From the IMG/VR virus record IMGVR_UViG_3300021387_000156, positions 1 to 62,120 of that record: a stretch of 62,120 nucleotides of DNA, one strand, 5' to 3'. The notes below the pieces were generated by a model. That model did no database searches. It was not told the origin of the DNA and was given only the letters and a program-made list of their open reading frames with translations. Of the stretch, positions 61,166 to 62,120 are shown in pieces. Positions within the stretch are counted from its first letter, which is position 1. Every line of letters begins with the position of its first letter. The DNA comes from a virus. The position numbers were made by a program, and so were the translations under genes.

Positions 61166-62120
61166 AAATCATTTAAAGTTTTACACAACGCCTCGCAGAG
61201 AACACGAGCCATGTTGACTTCGACGGCGTTGCCGATGAATTTCTTTTGCTCTGCCTGAGTGCCGATGAGGGTGTAGTCGCTTGGGAAGCCCATAATGCGC
61301 TTGAGTTCCTTGATGCGGAGCATACGCATACGAATGTCGGCGATGCAGTAAAGGGCCATAAACTCTTTTATGCGCCTGGTCATTGGGCTGTCAGTCTCGT
61401 ACACCTCAATGGCAAGCCCCTCGTTTGTGCTGACGAGGTAAGGCGGCATTTTGTCCATGCGGGCTATCAATGTGAAGCAGGGATTGTCGATGCTGCCACC
61501 AGGACTGGCAAACTGCGGGTTCATCAGATATTGGCATGACACGACTTTCTGCTTTGGTTTCGTAAGGACAGCAGGACATGGCGCATCCACGCTTGACAAT
61601 TGTCCACCGGCGCTATATTCACTGGCAATAAAGCGGCTTGTAACAAGTCCGAGTCTGTCCTTTGTGGTGAGTGTTGGTGCTGGTGCGTCAACGGAAGTAT
61701 TGAACCCTTTGCCATAGTGTGCAGAAACAAATGCGTGGTGGTCACGGCAAGTTACAGTTCCTGCCGGTTCATCAACACTGATATTCTTTCCGCTTGGGTC
61801 TCCTCCGTACTGCTTGGAGAGGAAATGCACCTTTGCCATACCGAGGCGGTTCTGGCAAGCAACGGTTGGGCAAGGCTCGTCGATGCTTGGCGGTACATAC
61901 TTGCCTGTCTTTCCGTTGACGCTATTCCACTTCACGATGAAAGCCTCCTTGCCGCCAGCAACAAACTTTATCAGCCCAGCATAGATACGCTCCAGTGTTT
62001 TCTCGACGAGTGGTTTCTTGCGCCCGAAGATGCTTTCTCCCTCGTCGTTGAGGTCGAGGACTTCGCGCACAGGCTTCCATGGCTTAACCTCATCATCTTG
62101 GAAAAGACCGCCATTGTTAG
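61162..62120 (-). CDS. DNA (cytosine-5)-methyltransferase, C-terminal part (N-terminal part is at 1..728; 62024-62120 duplicates 1-97)
   Basis: Open frame continues off the right edge and is identical to the left-edge frame; C-terminal FIGNAVEVNMARVL resembles motif X (GNAV). Confidence 0.85.
   Translation of the reverse strand, partial: NNGGLFQDDEVKPWKPVREVLDLNDEGESIFGRKKPLVEKTLERIYAGLIKFVAGGKEAFIVKWNSVNGKTGKYVPPSIDEPCPTVACQNRLGMAKVHFLSKQYGGDPSGKNISVDEPAGTVTCRDHHAFVSAHYGKGFNTSVDAPAPTLTTKDRLGLVTSRFIASEYSAGGQLSSVDAPCPAVLTKPKQKVVSCQYLMNPQFASPGGSIDNPCFTLIARMDKMPPYLVSTNEGLAIEVYETDSPMTRRIKEFMALYCIADIRMRMLRIKELKRIMGFPSDYTLIGTQAEQKKFIGNAVEVNMARVLCEALCKTLNDL
62024..62120. repeat. Terminal overlap copy 2 (identical to 1-97)
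   Basis: Exact 97-nt identity. Confidence 0.95.

Noticed and set aside
1-62120. Genome-wide stop-codon reassignment (TAG or TGA recoding), suggested by the CUA-containing tRNA-like element
   Set aside because: Standard-code translation yields uninterrupted ORFs for all large genes (1782, 1373, 993 and 667 aa, and others). Genes end cleanly on TAA, TGA and TAG with coupled restarts. No pattern of in-frame TAG-split genes was seen.

Overview
The window is one closed phage or prophage genome. Its first 97 nt are identical to its last 97 nt, giving a unit length of 62,023 bp, and a cytosine-5 DNA methyltransferase gene runs across the junction. Most genes are on the minus strand.

Minus-strand gene order (high to low coordinates):
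- An early block: methyltransferase, ASCH-like and DUF551-like proteins, a DnaA-C-like HTH protein, an HNH-like protein, a tyrosine recombinase with a truncated N6-methylase-like protein, an RNAP alpha-CTD-like protein, ParB-like and MazG-like proteins, a GT-like protein and an SDR epimerase.
- Packaging and head: terS, terL (carrying an intein), portal, prohead protease, major capsid protein.
- Tail: head-tail and tail genes, a 1373-aa tape measure, an inserted island (small ORF + ECF-type sigma, DUF2693-like gene, hicAB), distal tail genes, and a 1782-aa tail fibre.
- Lysis: holin, endolysin, u-spanin.
- After the junction: replication and recombination genes. These are a MutS-domain-I/ParB fusion, a DnaC-like loader, an initiator with internal iterons, an SF2 helicase, a NinB-like protein, SSB, an exonuclease and a Sak/Rad52-like annealing protein.

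The plus strand carries lysogeny-type genes: a CI-like repressor, a secreted DUF4468-like protein, an integrase, one moron, and a second tyrosine recombinase.

Promoter boxes of the TAnnTTTG type and Bacteroidota-restricted domain families point to a Bacteroidota host. The long tape measure and absence of a sheath gene suggest a siphovirus-like tail (inference).

Main observations:
1. A four-site, three-silent-cassette inversion shufflon next to a tyrosine recombinase. It could swap the LRR-type C-terminal tip of the tail fibre.
2. A Hint-type intein in terL whose linker stays open in the terL frame while a complete HNH endonuclease ORF is encoded in another frame.
3. A ~465-nt ORF-free, hairpin-rich region flanked by tRNA-Ser(GCU) and a non-canonical tRNA-like element, plus a second odd tRNA-like element with CUA in an 8-nt loop.
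4. A conserved ~115-130-bp promoter/leader cassette present in five full and several partial copies.

All functional calls rest on motifs recognised by eye. No database search, tRNA or RNA covariance model, or HMM was run.
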